Of a stretch of 64,000 nucleotides of DNA, positions 48,501 to 57,517 are shown in pieces. The number at the start of each line of letters is the position of its first letter. Within the stretch, counting starts at the first letter, position 1. The stretch comes from an uncultured Candidatus Saccharibacteria bacterium (GTDB taxonomy: Bacteria > Patescibacteriota > Saccharimonadia > CAILAD01 > JADZBC01): positions 2,583 through 66,582 of the forward strand of contig CAZRJR010000003.1 in the NCBI GenBank assembly GCA_964600985.1. Reading direction: 5' to 3'. The notes under the pieces are model-generated. The model searched no databases. It worked only from the letters and a program-made list of their open reading frames with translations, and was not told the origin of the DNA. Made by a program: the position numbers and the translations under genes.

Positions 48501-49758
48501 CGACCACAAAGGCACGATAGTGGTACGTAGTATCGCACTGCAGTGCATCGAGCGCGGCATTTATAGCCGGCTGCCCCTTGTATACATAGCCCGCAACACC
48601 CGGGCCCCCGGCCAGTGGCGCCCAGATAGTCCCATTACTATCTGCATATACCCCGCCCAAGTAGCCAGCACCGTCAGCAACTTGCCAATCTCGCACTAAA
48701 TTACCATTTGCATCATATACCCACACATAGAATCCACCGCTTGTGACATAAGCGTGACCATCGGCAGAAACATAAATATGTGTTGGGTTTATGTCCACAT
48801 CCCACTGATCCACGAAATTGGCGTTTGTATCATATATGAGTACACGCATATTACTAGGGTCTGTAATATAGAGATTATTGCTTGTGTCAGTAGCCAGATA
48901 CTGCCATTCAGCCCAGGTGGCAAGCTGGTTCGTACCTGTACCACTACTACTTATGAGTTGGCTCTGTAGTACACCGGCCGAGCTATACTCCTGTACAAGA
49001 GGCTGCCGGTCAATATTAAAGATTCCCGGGGCGGGGTCTGCATCCCACTGACCCACTACATATATATTACCCAGCCCGTCTACAGTAATGGCCGATGCGC
49101 CAAACGGGGTACCACTACTCTGCTCGGCCAGTGGGAACTGGCTCACGTAATTACCGCTGCTATCTAGCTTCTGAACCCGGTAAGTAGCTAGGTCTGCTAC
49201 ATATATATTACCGCTGCCGTCTACAAACAAATCCATTGGCTGCTGGAATTGACCGTTACCAGACCCATAAGAGCCATATTGAGCAATCAAATTACCGCTA
49301 CTATCGTACTTATTAATCGAGGCTGTCGAGCTACCGTCGCTATCGGCGCGATACATATTGCCAGCCGCATCCATCGTATAGGCCCAGGCCCCTTGAACAT
49401 TTGAGAATGTCTCTGCGGTGGTATAGCTGCTAGGATCAGTGGTGTCGAGCACCTGATTGCCATAGCTCGTAGAAGTACCGTACTCGAAGCCACGCGAGGT
49501 CACGCCATCAGGGTAATCAAATCTTGCGTGTAGGCTCGCGGCCGAAGTAGTCACGTCAGTTGCTGGTAGTGCCGTTACTACCCTACTCCCGCTATCGGCC
49601 TTGATCTTGCCCGCATACCACAACAACGCACTACTTACGGTCTGAACTGAAATAATCGCAAAAAGTACAAATATGGCATACTTACTAACCTTAAGCGACG
49701 TAGACGGCTTAAGGTGAAACTTGTTATTCGGCTTTAGGGGCTCTGGGTTTGGTCCCAT
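45556..49758 (-). CDS. giant cell-surface protein: N-terminal TM anchor, NHL-repeat beta-propellers, tandem Ig-like (PF05345-type) domains, Thr/Pro-rich stalk, C-terminal TM followed by a histidine-kinase H-box stub
   Basis: 1400 aa. Repeated NLYITDPSNMRVLIYD / IYVADLATYRVQKLDSSG NHL-like blades. Four LPxGLSLD...TGxYxFxVxAxDG Ig-like units. C-terminus LLFLLLLIFALSLYY (TM) then RAQQDNFIALASHYLNTPITIIQNGIEVL (compare PhoR [27 protein letters not shown]), then stop. Confidence 0.7.
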   Translation of the reverse strand: MGPNPEPLKPNNKFHLKPSTSLKVSKYAIFVLFAIISVQTVSSALLWYAGKIKADSGSRVVTALPATDVTTSAASLHARFDYPDGVTSRGFEYGTSTSYGNQVLDTTDPSSYTTAETFSNVQGAWAYTMDAAGNMYRADSDGSSTASINKYDSSGNLIAQYGSYGSGNGQFQQPMDLFVDGSGNIYVADLATYRVQKLDSSGNYVSQFPLAEQSSGTPFGASAITVDGLGNIYVVGQWDADPAPGIFNIDRQPLVQEYSSAGVLQSQLISSSGTGTNQLATWAEWQYLATDTSNNLYITDPSNMRVLIYDTNANFVDQWDVDINPTHIYVSADGHAYVTSGGFYVWVYDANGNLVRDWQVADGAGYLGGVYADSNGTIWAPLAGGPGVAGYVYKGQPAINAALDALQCDTTYHYRAFVVDADSTDYSSDSTFTTEPCTGLRTLTALPADNITRTGATLHGTTDYPQGITSRGFQYGLTTSYGSSAVDSSAMSPVDGVAGIDKAVSGLACSTLYHYRVFVIDRGGFQVSSDATFTTDDCVPVHISTTNLDDGAVGVSYQDNIAVDENSGTVTYSISSGSLPPGLSLDTNTGYITGIPEAIGTYGFDVTATDGHTSDTASLSILVNETAPLSITTEVLPDTQVGASYQEYIYTANHLGDVAFSVVTGALPDGLTLVGAGSTGILYGTPTSAGTYTFMVEAQDTRGANPGGTTSQEYTIVVTAPQLNITTANLPFGRVGLQYSKTIEYEGAASQPVFTVVSGSLPSGMSLSLQGYLQGTPTQAGTYNFTVQADDGFSSDTQAFTLVVGQAVVYDNSPFVTITSPINGASFGGGASTVTGTGPANKVISIFVDGTQVGTTTANAQGTWTYEVSGVAVGNHNLVARWVPGSDVAFIPWLDSSGNTAVQVIDNSSASVLRTIRINSASQPPFVAFGATLNNSGTKLYIFGYNANGVQAVVRELDLNTMSQRTLTVPPQTNSFALGLSITPDDNFAVLTEQSNSAGSMLRKLNLSTFSLEGSEAILPGSNVYGLTNGALNEDATKFYTSFGAEVNTVLEYTLATGAVRTINVSGNTMVGTTTYRAGKLYYLAKDVEGHELVLKVLDASSGLELNSISVMAFPDPYEDIFYPFTLDASASYAYIAVMPSIGKFAVVNLGTNQVELHDGINGLPTGLGISSNPERVYIPLLSFSDSSSALVWNVQAGAFLEPTSPLMPLATGSYAYGSRVVGAITSPQAGIAFIVPASPADCTVTNTCPSVPCATTNTCPTTPPTVEPPTATTIQPTSGKSPRIITTQYTPTSPNKVSLNWFDRGILAVAHFVPRQAAIGFPYLLFLLLLIFALSLYYQSNNEIRKDKLNREFIAKRKSIRAQQDNFIALASHYLNTPITIIQNGIEVLGDSSRGSKPK

Positions 49759-49887
49759 GGTTTTGTTTTGGAGGTTTCTCGGGTTAGGAAAAGCCGCCCT
49801 TATCCTTATGTTTCCCTTACTATAGTACTTGTGCTTATTGTAACGAGTAACTCACCCATAGGCAAGCGCATTTTGCAAAATAATTCC

Positions 49888-49963
49888 TGGTCAGGGTGAC
49901 AGGACTTGAACCTGCGACCTCACGGCCCCCAGCCGTACGCGCTACCAACTGCGCCACACCCTG
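49888..49963 (-). tRNA. tRNA-Pro (anticodon GGG), CCA encoded
   Basis: CAGGGUG-UG-GCGC-AGUUGGUA-GCGC-G-UACGG-CUGGGGG-CCGUG-AGGUC-GCAGG-UUCAAGU-CCUGU-CACCCUG-A-CCA. Cloverleaf with 7/4/5/5-bp stems. Confidence 0.85.
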
Positions 49964-50082
49964 CTATCTGCACTTCACTCATACATTATAGCAACTTCCC
50001 CATCTGTTGACGAAGAAAGTTGCAAAAAGGTATTTACATAACTCTCATGCTTTGACATAATACTTATGTAACGAGTAAATGT

Positions 50083-50625
50083 GTGCCAAGGATCAACAAA
50101 TCAGCAGAGGTGCTGAAAGTCATAGCGGGCAAACGGGTAATCGTCGAGGACGAACTAACCCTTGCCCGCTCTCTTTTGAACTTATTTGGGGCTAACGCCC
50201 GCCGTCGCATTATCGATACTGCCGCCCTACTTACCAAGCAAGGCTTTGTATCGGTTGGCTCAATAGATGGCGAGAAGCTCTATAAGGTAACTGACAAAGG
50301 CCTACGCCACCTTGACCTATACTTGCTTAGCAAGAAAGGTATAGCCAAGCCCAGGGAATGGACTGGCAAGTGGCATATCATCACCTTCGAGATACCTGAA
50401 CAGCAGAAGGTAACCCGTAACTATCTGGTAGCTCAGCTTAAGCTGCAGGGATTTGTAAACTACACCAAGGGTCTATGGATCTACCCCTACAATCCTACTG
50501 AATACGTAAAAGGCCTTAAAAAGCTCTTAGGGCTTGGTAAGGAAATTAAACTCATTACCGCTATTGATCTGGATGACGAAAAGCAGCTCCTTACCCACTT
50601 TGGCCTAAGCAAAAACCCTACCTAA
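50083..50625 (+). CDS. hypothetical wHTH regulator, PaaX-C-like (GTG start)
   Basis: 180 aa. WTGKWHIITFEIPEQQKVTRNYLVAQLKLQGFVNYTKGLWIYP resembles the PaaX C-terminal domain pattern W-G-W-xxxF-IPE...R...L...GF...S-W. Confidence 0.3.
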   Translation: MPRINKSAEVLKVIAGKRVIVEDELTLARSLLNLFGANARRRIIDTAALLTKQGFVSVGSIDGEKLYKVTDKGLRHLDLYLLSKKGIAKPREWTGKWHIITFEIPEQQKVTRNYLVAQLKLQGFVNYTKGLWIYPYNPTEYVKGLKKLLGLGKEIKLITAIDLDDEKQLLTHFGLSKNPT

Positions 50626-50856
50626 TACCGGTAGGGTTACGTCCTGCCTGTTATAATTCCTTGGCTCCGCACACTCCGCCGAGCGTAACTCTTCCCAGCA
50701 CATGCTAGGTGGGTATTCGCAGCGCACGGCCCTATGGAGCGTGGCAATCTAGAACTCCCAATGTAAGTAAACTAAGAGGAAAAAGTTACTGCCCCTTCAC
50801 TACGGAAGTTGTCGCGCAAGCGGTAGAGCCCCTTAATTATATCATGCGCCGAGCTA

Positions 50857-51489
50857 CTACAATACGGAGCTGCCAAGCAGTAAGCGAGCCAAGAAGGCTA
50901 TAGCCAGCGCGAGGTACGGGGCAAAGAATTGGTAGAATAAGAAGAGTATAAGCAGGACCCCCGCCAAGCCAAAGCGTTCTACACGATCCATAGCGTCGGC
51001 CAAAGCTGGCGGTGCTGCAGCATACAGCACGCGCGAACCATCCAGCGGCGGAATTGGTAGCATGTTAAACACAAAGAACCCGAGATTAATCAGTACAAAG
51101 GTGGTCAGGGCAGTTTCCACCCCTGTGGGCAAAGCAAAGAAGCGCAGGTACAGCGCTACAAAGGTAGCCATGGCAAAGTTGCTCAACGGCCCAGCTATCG
51201 CCACCAGGGCAGCCCCCCACTTGCCATAGCGCACAGCGTAGGGATTAAACGGCACGGGCTTTGCGGCGCCGAATACCACCGGCGATCCAGCTATGATTAG
51301 TATGATCGGCAGAAGTAAGGTAAAGAAAGGGTCAATGTGCTTGATAGGGTTAAGGGTAAGTCGCCCTTCGCGCTGAGCTGTTACATCACCCAACTGGTGA
51401 CCTGCCCAGGCATGACAAAACTCGTGCACGGTAATAGCGGTTACGAGCGTAAATATGTAAGTCAATATTGAGGCTAGGTTAAAACTCAT
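50857..51489 (-). CDS. site-2 protease family (peptidase M50) intramembrane metalloprotease
   Basis: 210 aa. HEFCHAWAGH within TM1, LDG motif in a later TM. Confidence 0.7.
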   Translation of the reverse strand: MSFNLASILTYIFTLVTAITVHEFCHAWAGHQLGDVTAQREGRLTLNPIKHIDPFFTLLLPIILIIAGSPVVFGAAKPVPFNPYAVRYGKWGAALVAIAGPLSNFAMATFVALYLRFFALPTGVETALTTFVLINLGFFVFNMLPIPPLDGSRVLYAAAPPALADAMDRVERFGLAGVLLILFLFYQFFAPYLALAIAFLARLLLGSSVL

Positions 51490-51556
51490 GCTTCAATAAT
51501 AGCTGATTGGGCTTAATCGAGCTAGCATGTAAGCCCCATAGAAGCTCATCGTAGGG

Positions 51557-51585
51557 TTGCACAAATAGGCCAAAAATGCTATCAT
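51557..51585 (+). promoter_or_regulatory. sigma70-like promoter for rpmB
   Basis: TTGCAC (51557..51562), 17-nt spacer, TATCAT (51580..51585). Confidence 0.35.
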
Positions 51586-51650
51586 ACTGAGGTTACTTCG
51601 GCGCTCAATTAGCATAATAACTCGTAGCACGCCGAAAAAGGATTTAAATT

Positions 51651-51872
51651 ATGTCATACAAATGCGACATTACAGGTAAAGGCAAGCAGTTTGGCAACAA
51701 CGTTAGTCACTCTATGCGTCACACCAAGCGCGACTGGAAGCCTAATCTACAAACCAAAACGCTCATTATAGACGGCCAAAAGGTGCGCCTAAAACTGGCA
51801 GCCTCTACTATCCGTACGCTCAATAAATACCAAAGACAAGCCGCCCTACAAACCGAGCAAAAAGCCTCCTAA
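51651..51872 (+). CDS. rpmB: 50S ribosomal protein L28
   Basis: 73 aa MSYKCDITGKGKQFGNNVSHSMRHTKRDWKPNLQ... Confidence 0.9.
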   Translation: MSYKCDITGKGKQFGNNVSHSMRHTKRDWKPNLQTKTLIIDGQKVRLKLAASTIRTLNKYQRQAALQTEQKAS

Positions 51873-51886
51873 ATAGGAGGTTTTTT
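51865..51886 (+). terminator. intrinsic terminator of rpmB
   Basis: CCTCCT-aaat-AGGAGG followed by TTTTTT. The stem overlaps the stop codon. Confidence 0.6.
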
Positions 51887-51958
51887 CGTTAAGCGTATGT
51901 TAATTTTAGCCCGGTCGCGGAATCTTGGGCAGATTGTATAACCAGGTGCGACGCGGAA

Positions 51959-52489
51959 TTAAGAGCTGAGTACCCTGACCTCTTGCTTGTCGTCCGCAAG
52001 GTCCTTGCGCTGTAGTTTGAGCTTTTCGGTCGGCTCAACATCCTTTGCTCCCATTTCTGACAAGAAAGCGTTTAGCTCGGTTTCGGTATAGTGAACTGGT
52101 ACCACCAGCTTGGGCTCGAGGGCGCTAGTCAGTTTGGCCACTGCTTCTGCCTTAGCTTCTTTAAGGGGTACAAAAAGCACATCACAACCACTTAGCGCCT
52201 CGCTGCCTTTATCGTCATCTTGAGGAAATACCGGCAAATACCCAAGACGTAAATCATCGAGTTCCACACGGAAACCAGTCATGCCACCTGCTAGCGCAAT
52301 GCCGTCGATCATGCAGCCTCGCACCTCGTACTCGCCCGGCCCATCAAAGGTCGTGAGGGTGCGCTTAGTCGTGGCAGGTTTCGAAAGCAGTGCCACGTCG
52401 CTCTTGGATTCGTCTGCGGGATCAAACACCACACTTAGACCTTTAGCTACCAGTTTTATACCGGATTTCTGTGAATATGTTATGTCCAT
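51959..52489 (-). CDS. hypothetical protein, possibly a short MBL-fold/COG2220-like hydrolase
   Basis: 176 aa. GCDVLFVP...VVPVHY pattern only. Weak. Confidence 0.3.
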   Translation of the reverse strand: MDITYSQKSGIKLVAKGLSVVFDPADESKSDVALLSKPATTKRTLTTFDGPGEYEVRGCMIDGIALAGGMTGFRVELDDLRLGYLPVFPQDDDKGSEALSGCDVLFVPLKEAKAEAVAKLTSALEPKLVVPVHYTETELNAFLSEMGAKDVEPTEKLKLQRKDLADDKQEVRVLSS

Positions 52490-52538
52490 ATAGTCTATTT
52501 TAACAAAAAATCACCCTCCCAACCAGGGCAAGAGCTGG

Positions 52539-53564
52539 TTATTCTTTACGAAAGTCTGGCTGACGCAAAATATCTTCGATTACTACAAGCAACGCAGCCG
52601 CCACCGGGGCTGCCAATAGCACGCCAATAAATCCAAGGAGCTTACCGCCAATTAATACCGCCATGAGAATGAATATTGGTGGCAAACCAAGTGCTCGCTT
52701 CATAACCTGAGGCACAATTACATGCCCCTCAATCTGCTGGATTACCAGAAAGAATATAGCCACCACCAGGCCTTTGCTCGGCGACACCGTAAACGCCACC
52801 AACACAGCCGGAATAGCACCCAAGTACGCCCCAACCAGCGGCACAAGCTCCATTATGCCCGCAATGATGGCGAGCGTAAGGGCGTAATCGATCCCAAGTA
52901 TAGTTAAGCCAATGAAGCTAGCTATGAAGATAATCAGCCCTAGTATTGCCTGGCCTCGCAACCAGTACCCTAGTTTAGTCGATATTGCCAGGCTAAGATT
53001 AACCAATCGTTTTTTAAGATGAGGCTGTGGTATAAAGTCAAAGCCCGCCACCACCACCTTTTTACCGCCCGAAAGCATGTAGAATGTAAGCACCAAGAAG
53101 GTTAAAAAGCCCAATATACCACTAAAGAAGCTAGCCGCCACCGGGCCCACGTTGTTAAGGGAGTTTTCAACCAATCCTGCTGCCTGGCTCGAGAGCTTAA
53201 TGTATACGCGGGTCATCTCCGGAGATTGAGCAAAGAATCCTCGCAGTTTTTCCTGGTACGAGGGTAGATTATGCGAGATAGTTGCGATCTGGGCGGTAAG
53301 TGTGGGGACGACCAGGAGTATGGTACCCATTATAATGGCAGCAAACGCCACGTAGATTAATACCACCGCGACAATCCTAGGGAGCTTAAGCCTTTGCAGT
53401 GCTTTAACCGAAGGGTCTAGTGCTGTAGCGAACACAACACTTGCAAATATTAAAATCAAAATATCCGATATTAACCACAGGACTACTAGGCCAGCTATGA
53501 CCGCTAGCAAGTACAAAAACGAACGTAGAGATATATCGGCCGTTACCCGCCCCTCTTTTGCCAT
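52539..53564 (-). CDS. AI-2E family transporter (PerM/UPF0118)
   Basis: 341 aa, 7-8 TM helices, conserved FILMAVLIGGKLLGFIGVLLAAP C-terminal segment. Confidence 0.8.
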   Translation of the reverse strand: MAKEGRVTADISLRSFLYLLAVIAGLVVLWLISDILILIFASVVFATALDPSVKALQRLKLPRIVAVVLIYVAFAAIIMGTILLVVPTLTAQIATISHNLPSYQEKLRGFFAQSPEMTRVYIKLSSQAAGLVENSLNNVGPVAASFFSGILGFLTFLVLTFYMLSGGKKVVVAGFDFIPQPHLKKRLVNLSLAISTKLGYWLRGQAILGLIIFIASFIGLTILGIDYALTLAIIAGIMELVPLVGAYLGAIPAVLVAFTVSPSKGLVVAIFFLVIQQIEGHVIVPQVMKRALGLPPIFILMAVLIGGKLLGFIGVLLAAPVAAALLVVIEDILRQPDFRKE

Positions 53565-53565
53565 A

Positions 53566-54258
53566 CTAGCCGCCGCTAACCGTTACTTTAATAGCTTCAT
53601 CGGTAGAGATGTTAGGGTTTGGAGCACTTAAGTCGGCTTCCTTAACCCCTTCTTGCACAGGTGCTTTACCAAACACCTCCAGCGTATCAAGCAAAACGGT
53701 CTTTTTGGCGTCCAGTATATCCATCAGGAACCGGTCATTTAGATTACGACGATAATCAAAGTCTTCTACCCGCATAGCCCAGTAATTAAGCTCGCGGCTC
53801 ATTTCTTGTTCCATGTCACCAATAATCTTGGCTAGCTGAGCCTTGTTCATGTCGCCGATTATGCAAATGTCTACGTTCTGGTTGCTACCACGCACAAAAG
53901 CACCAGACAAGAACAGAACCTTAACATTGCCAGCCCGAGAAATTTTCTTAAGAATTTGGTCTTCTTCTTTGGTTTCTTTAATCTCCTTAGTTTTAGTCGA
54001 GATCTGCTGGAAGATGGACTGGAGTTCATTATGGAATTTATACTTTGGGTCAACCTCGTAGTACAGCCGATTGGACTGGTTAACTGACTTTACGATCCCG
54101 ATATTAAGCAAGTTTTGCAGCTCACGACGTACTGAGTTGATTTGCTCATCGACTTTACGGGTAATCTCACGTACATAGAATGGTCGCTCGGGATTGTTAT
54201 AAAACAAGCTCAGAAGTTTTACTCTCGTCTTTGATCCAAACAATTGTTCGAAGCGCAT
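53566..54258 (-). CDS. winged-helix + minimal nucleotidyltransferase (Pol-beta superfamily) domain protein
   Basis: 230 aa. N-terminal wHTH (YVREITRKVDEQINSVRRELQNLLNIGIV). NTase motif SGAFVRGSNQNVDICIIGD (GS...D-x-D). Confidence 0.45.
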   Translation of the reverse strand: MRFEQLFGSKTRVKLLSLFYNNPERPFYVREITRKVDEQINSVRRELQNLLNIGIVKSVNQSNRLYYEVDPKYKFHNELQSIFQQISTKTKEIKETKEEDQILKKISRAGNVKVLFLSGAFVRGSNQNVDICIIGDMNKAQLAKIIGDMEQEMSRELNYWAMRVEDFDYRRNLNDRFLMDILDAKKTVLLDTLEVFGKAPVQEGVKEADLSAPNPNISTDEAIKVTVSGG

Positions 54259-54366
54259 TTTTGTATTCTCCTACCTCAAAATGTGTGCAATAGTGCGCGT
54301 TTATTGCTTTGTATACGTCGTATTATATGCCTTTGGCTTGCGAATTGCCAATGCTTTTTAGGGCAA

Positions 54367-55227
54367 TTATTGGGCTAAATAATCGCGAACAAGCACATTG
54401 GCCTCACTCGCTTTATTGAGCCAATGAATTGCTTCATTGCGTTTAAACCATGTAATTTGTCGCTTAGCGAGTGCAAAGTCGTCGCGTGCAAAGCGATCCT
54501 TGAGCTCCGTAAGTGTAATGCGACGATCCAAATAATCCCGAGCGTGCTTGTAGCCAATTATGCTGAACTGTGGACAATCATGACCATAGCGATCAATGAG
54601 ATTCTGCACTTCTTGAACAAAGCCATTGTTCAACATAACTTCAATTCGGCTAGCTATTATTTGCTTTAATAAAAGTCTATTTGGCATTATGCCTAGTAAA
54701 AGAGCATGGTACTTTAACTTCGTGCGGTCTGCTTTACTAGCCAGCCCCCGCATAAGTATTTGCTCTAGTCGGAGCCTGTTATGCAGGTCGATATCGTCGA
54801 TATCATTCGGATAATTCTCGGCAACTTGTTTTTGAAGTTCGGCAAGCGGCATGGCGGAGTAATCTACTTTACTATTCCTACTTTCACGGAACTGATAATC
54901 ATACAACACACTATCTACGTACATGCCGCTCCCGCCCACCAGAAAAGCCACTCCGCCTCTGCTCCAAATGTCATGGATAGCTTTCTCGGCCAGAGCCTTA
55001 AACTGCGCAGCGCTAAACGGCTCCCCTGGCTCACAAACATCGAGCAAATAGTGCGGCACAAGCTTTCGATCCTTGGTAGTCGGTTTGGCTGTACCAATAT
55101 CAAAACCCCTATAGACTGTGCGTGAATCTGCACATATAATCTCGCCGCCATACTCCTGCGCGAGCTCCATAGCGAGTGCAGACTTCCCGCTGGCAGTAGG
55201 ACCAACTATAGCGATTAGCTTATGTAT
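54367..55227 (-). CDS. miaA: tRNA dimethylallyltransferase, apparent non-ATG start
   Basis: The track ORF starts at MELAQEY, but the same frame continues upstream through the P-loop KLIAIVGPTASGKSALA back to a TGA at ~55256 with no ATG/GTG/TTG. Candidate ATA at 55227 follows GAAAGGG by 6 nt. A sequencing error is the alternative. Confidence 0.8.
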   Translation of the reverse strand: MHKLIAIVGPTASGKSALAMELAQEYGGEIICADSRTVYRGFDIGTAKPTTKDRKLVPHYLLDVCEPGEPFSAAQFKALAEKAIHDIWSRGGVAFLVGGSGMYVDSVLYDYQFRESRNSKVDYSAMPLAELQKQVAENYPNDIDDIDLHNRLRLEQILMRGLASKADRTKLKYHALLLGIMPNRLLLKQIIASRIEVMLNNGFVQEVQNLIDRYGHDCPQFSIIGYKHARDYLDRRITLTELKDRFARDDFALAKRQITWFKRNEAIHWLNKASEANVLVRDYLAQ

Positions 55228-55709
55228 TGCTTTGCCCTTTCTAGTATTGCTGATTCATCTAAGTCCTCGTAGCCAGTCTGTTCGCGCTGCTTTTTCATCT
55301 TGGTTATGAGGAAGTTCGCATCATACCATCCTACCTGGCTAGTACTTTCAGCATCTATGCTTCCCCTTACCGATATGTCCTGACTAACAAGATCACACAA
55401 GAAGTACAAGGTGGTCTTTTCGCGTAGTGACGCAACTCCTTGTATATTTGCGACTATACTTCCAATGTAATGGCGCGTCGTCGCCTTAGCTCCAAATTCC
55501 TCTTTTAAGCCACGTATTAGGGTCGCTTCTACAGATTCGCCAGGCTCAGGTGTTTCTCGCATAAGGATGTAAAAGTCTTTCGCCTCGCGGGATCCAATCT
55601 TAAGTTCATCGAAGTAGTGAGCGCAAACCTTGCCTTCCCCATTTACCAACACCGCACCAATAGAAACGTGATAGGGATAGCTCGTACTGCCCTGGAGCAA
55701 GTTAGCCAT
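55215..55709 (-). CDS. NUDIX hydrolase
   Basis: 164 aa. Nudix box RETPEPGESVEATLIRGLKEEFG. Confidence 0.6.
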   Translation of the reverse strand: MANLLQGSTSYPYHVSIGAVLVNGEGKVCAHYFDELKIGSREAKDFYILMRETPEPGESVEATLIRGLKEEFGAKATTRHYIGSIVANIQGVASLREKTTLYFLCDLVSQDISVRGSIDAESTSQVGWYDANFLITKMKKQREQTGYEDLDESAILERAKQYIS

Positions 55710-55717
55710 ATAGAGCC

Positions 55718-57517
55718 CTATGCCTGTCTTGTGCTGATTTCATGCGTGACCTGTTGACAGAATTCATCTACGCCCTTACTGCCTTCATCACCCTCTCCTC
55801 GCTTGCGTACAGCCACTTGGTGAGCCTCTTGCTCCCGTTCGCCTACAACCAATACGTATGGTACCTTCATAGCTTCTGCGCTACGTATACGTTTGCCAAG
55901 TGACTCGTTATCGTCGTCCAGTACCACCCGCAAGCCTGACTTTTTGAGCTCCTGGACTACCTTCGAGCCATATTCATTAAACTTTTCTGACACTGGCACA
56001 ACTCGTACTTGCTCTGGGGACAGCCAAACAGGAAAAGCACCCGCAGTATGTTCGATGTAGACCGACAGAAATCGCTCAATTGAACCGAGCAAAGCAAAGT
56101 GAATCATGACAGGGGTCTTGGCCTCGCCATCGCGATCAATGTAACTAAGACCGAAGCGTTCTGGCTGCACAAAGTCGAGTTGAGGAGTAGCCAGCTGGTG
56201 CTCACGCCCCAAGGCATCGGTTGCCATAAAATCAATCTTAGGCCCATAAAAGGCGGCTTCGCCCTCAGCCTCATAAAATTCTAAGCCACTCGCTTCGAGT
56301 ACTTTGCGTAGCGTAACTTCGGCTTGCTCCCAAGTCTCAGCACTACCCAAGTACGCATCCGATCCGTCACGTTTAGACAAGCGAGCCCGCAGTTTCATCC
56401 CTAAAGAACTATAGAACTCTTTTGTAATAGCCGTGAGTTCCCTGAGCACATCCTGGATTTGATCGGGAGTGCAGAAAATATGACTGTCATCTTGAGTAAT
56501 TGCCCGCACACGTGAGAGTCCACCCAGCTCACCACTCTTTTCATCGCGATACACAGTGGTGGTCTCGAGATAGCGGATTGGTAAATCGCGGTAACTACGC
56601 GGACGAGCGGCGTAGATTTGCTGGTGATGGGGACAGTTCATGGGCTTTAGTACAAGCTGATCAGATGTTTCTTGGCTTTTTACCAGGAAGAGTTCCTCGC
56701 CAAATTTTGCCCAGTGACCAGAAGTCTCATACAGTTCCTTCTTGGTAACATGAGGTATCCAGACTTTCTCGAAACCCAGATCTAGGCGCAGCTGCTGTGA
56801 GTATTCGTTCAAAAGCTCTCTTAGAATAGTCCCCTTAGGGGTGAACAGCGGCAAGCCTGAACCAACTTTCTCTGAGAAAACGAACAGATCGAGCTCCTTA
56901 CCCAGCTTGCGATGGTCGCGTTTTTCGGCTTCGGTAAGCATTTCCAGATGGCTACCCAGCTCTTGCTGCGTCGCAAAAGCTAGTCCATACAAACGCTGCA
57001 TCTGTGGGTTCTCTTCCTTACCACGCCAGTAAGCACCGGCCAGCTTAGTAAGCTTAAAAGCACCGGCTTCTGCCGTGTTATTCAAGTGTGGTCCTCGACA
57101 CAAATCCACAAAGTCGCCAGTTTTATATACGCTCACTGTTGTTACTTTAGCAACGTTATCATCAATCAGTTTCTCCCCACTATCTATAATTGCGGTTGTT
57201 CCTTTTTCCTTAAGATCTCGCAAGAGTTCCACTTTAAAGGGCTGATTATGTGATTCAAAGTAGCTTATTGCTTCATCAATTGGCCACTCTTCGCGCACGA
57301 AGTCTAGCTTAGCGGCAATAATGGACTTCATTTCCTTCTCGATACCAGCTAAATCATCGCTACCCAATGCCTTATCGAGCTTAATATCGTAGTAAAAACC
57401 ATTATCCACTACAGGCCCCACGCCAAATTGAGCGTCCGAGTGTAGCCCCTGCACTGCTGCCGCTAAAATGTGCGCCATTGAGTGCCGCATCGCTTCTATA
57501 TTTGCTTGATCCGCCAT
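55718..57517 (-). CDS. thrS: threonine--tRNA ligase (short form lacking N-terminal TGS domain)
   Basis: 599 aa. Editing-domain HSMAHIL / CRGPH, class II motifs, C-terminal anticodon-binding domain. Confidence 0.95.
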   Translation of the reverse strand: MADQANIEAMRHSMAHILAAAVQGLHSDAQFGVGPVVDNGFYYDIKLDKALGSDDLAGIEKEMKSIIAAKLDFVREEWPIDEAISYFESHNQPFKVELLRDLKEKGTTAIIDSGEKLIDDNVAKVTTVSVYKTGDFVDLCRGPHLNNTAEAGAFKLTKLAGAYWRGKEENPQMQRLYGLAFATQQELGSHLEMLTEAEKRDHRKLGKELDLFVFSEKVGSGLPLFTPKGTILRELLNEYSQQLRLDLGFEKVWIPHVTKKELYETSGHWAKFGEELFLVKSQETSDQLVLKPMNCPHHQQIYAARPRSYRDLPIRYLETTTVYRDEKSGELGGLSRVRAITQDDSHIFCTPDQIQDVLRELTAITKEFYSSLGMKLRARLSKRDGSDAYLGSAETWEQAEVTLRKVLEASGLEFYEAEGEAAFYGPKIDFMATDALGREHQLATPQLDFVQPERFGLSYIDRDGEAKTPVMIHFALLGSIERFLSVYIEHTAGAFPVWLSPEQVRVVPVSEKFNEYGSKVVQELKKSGLRVVLDDDNESLGKRIRSAEAMKVPYVLVVGEREQEAHQVAVRKRGEGDEGSKGVDEFCQQVTHEISTRQA

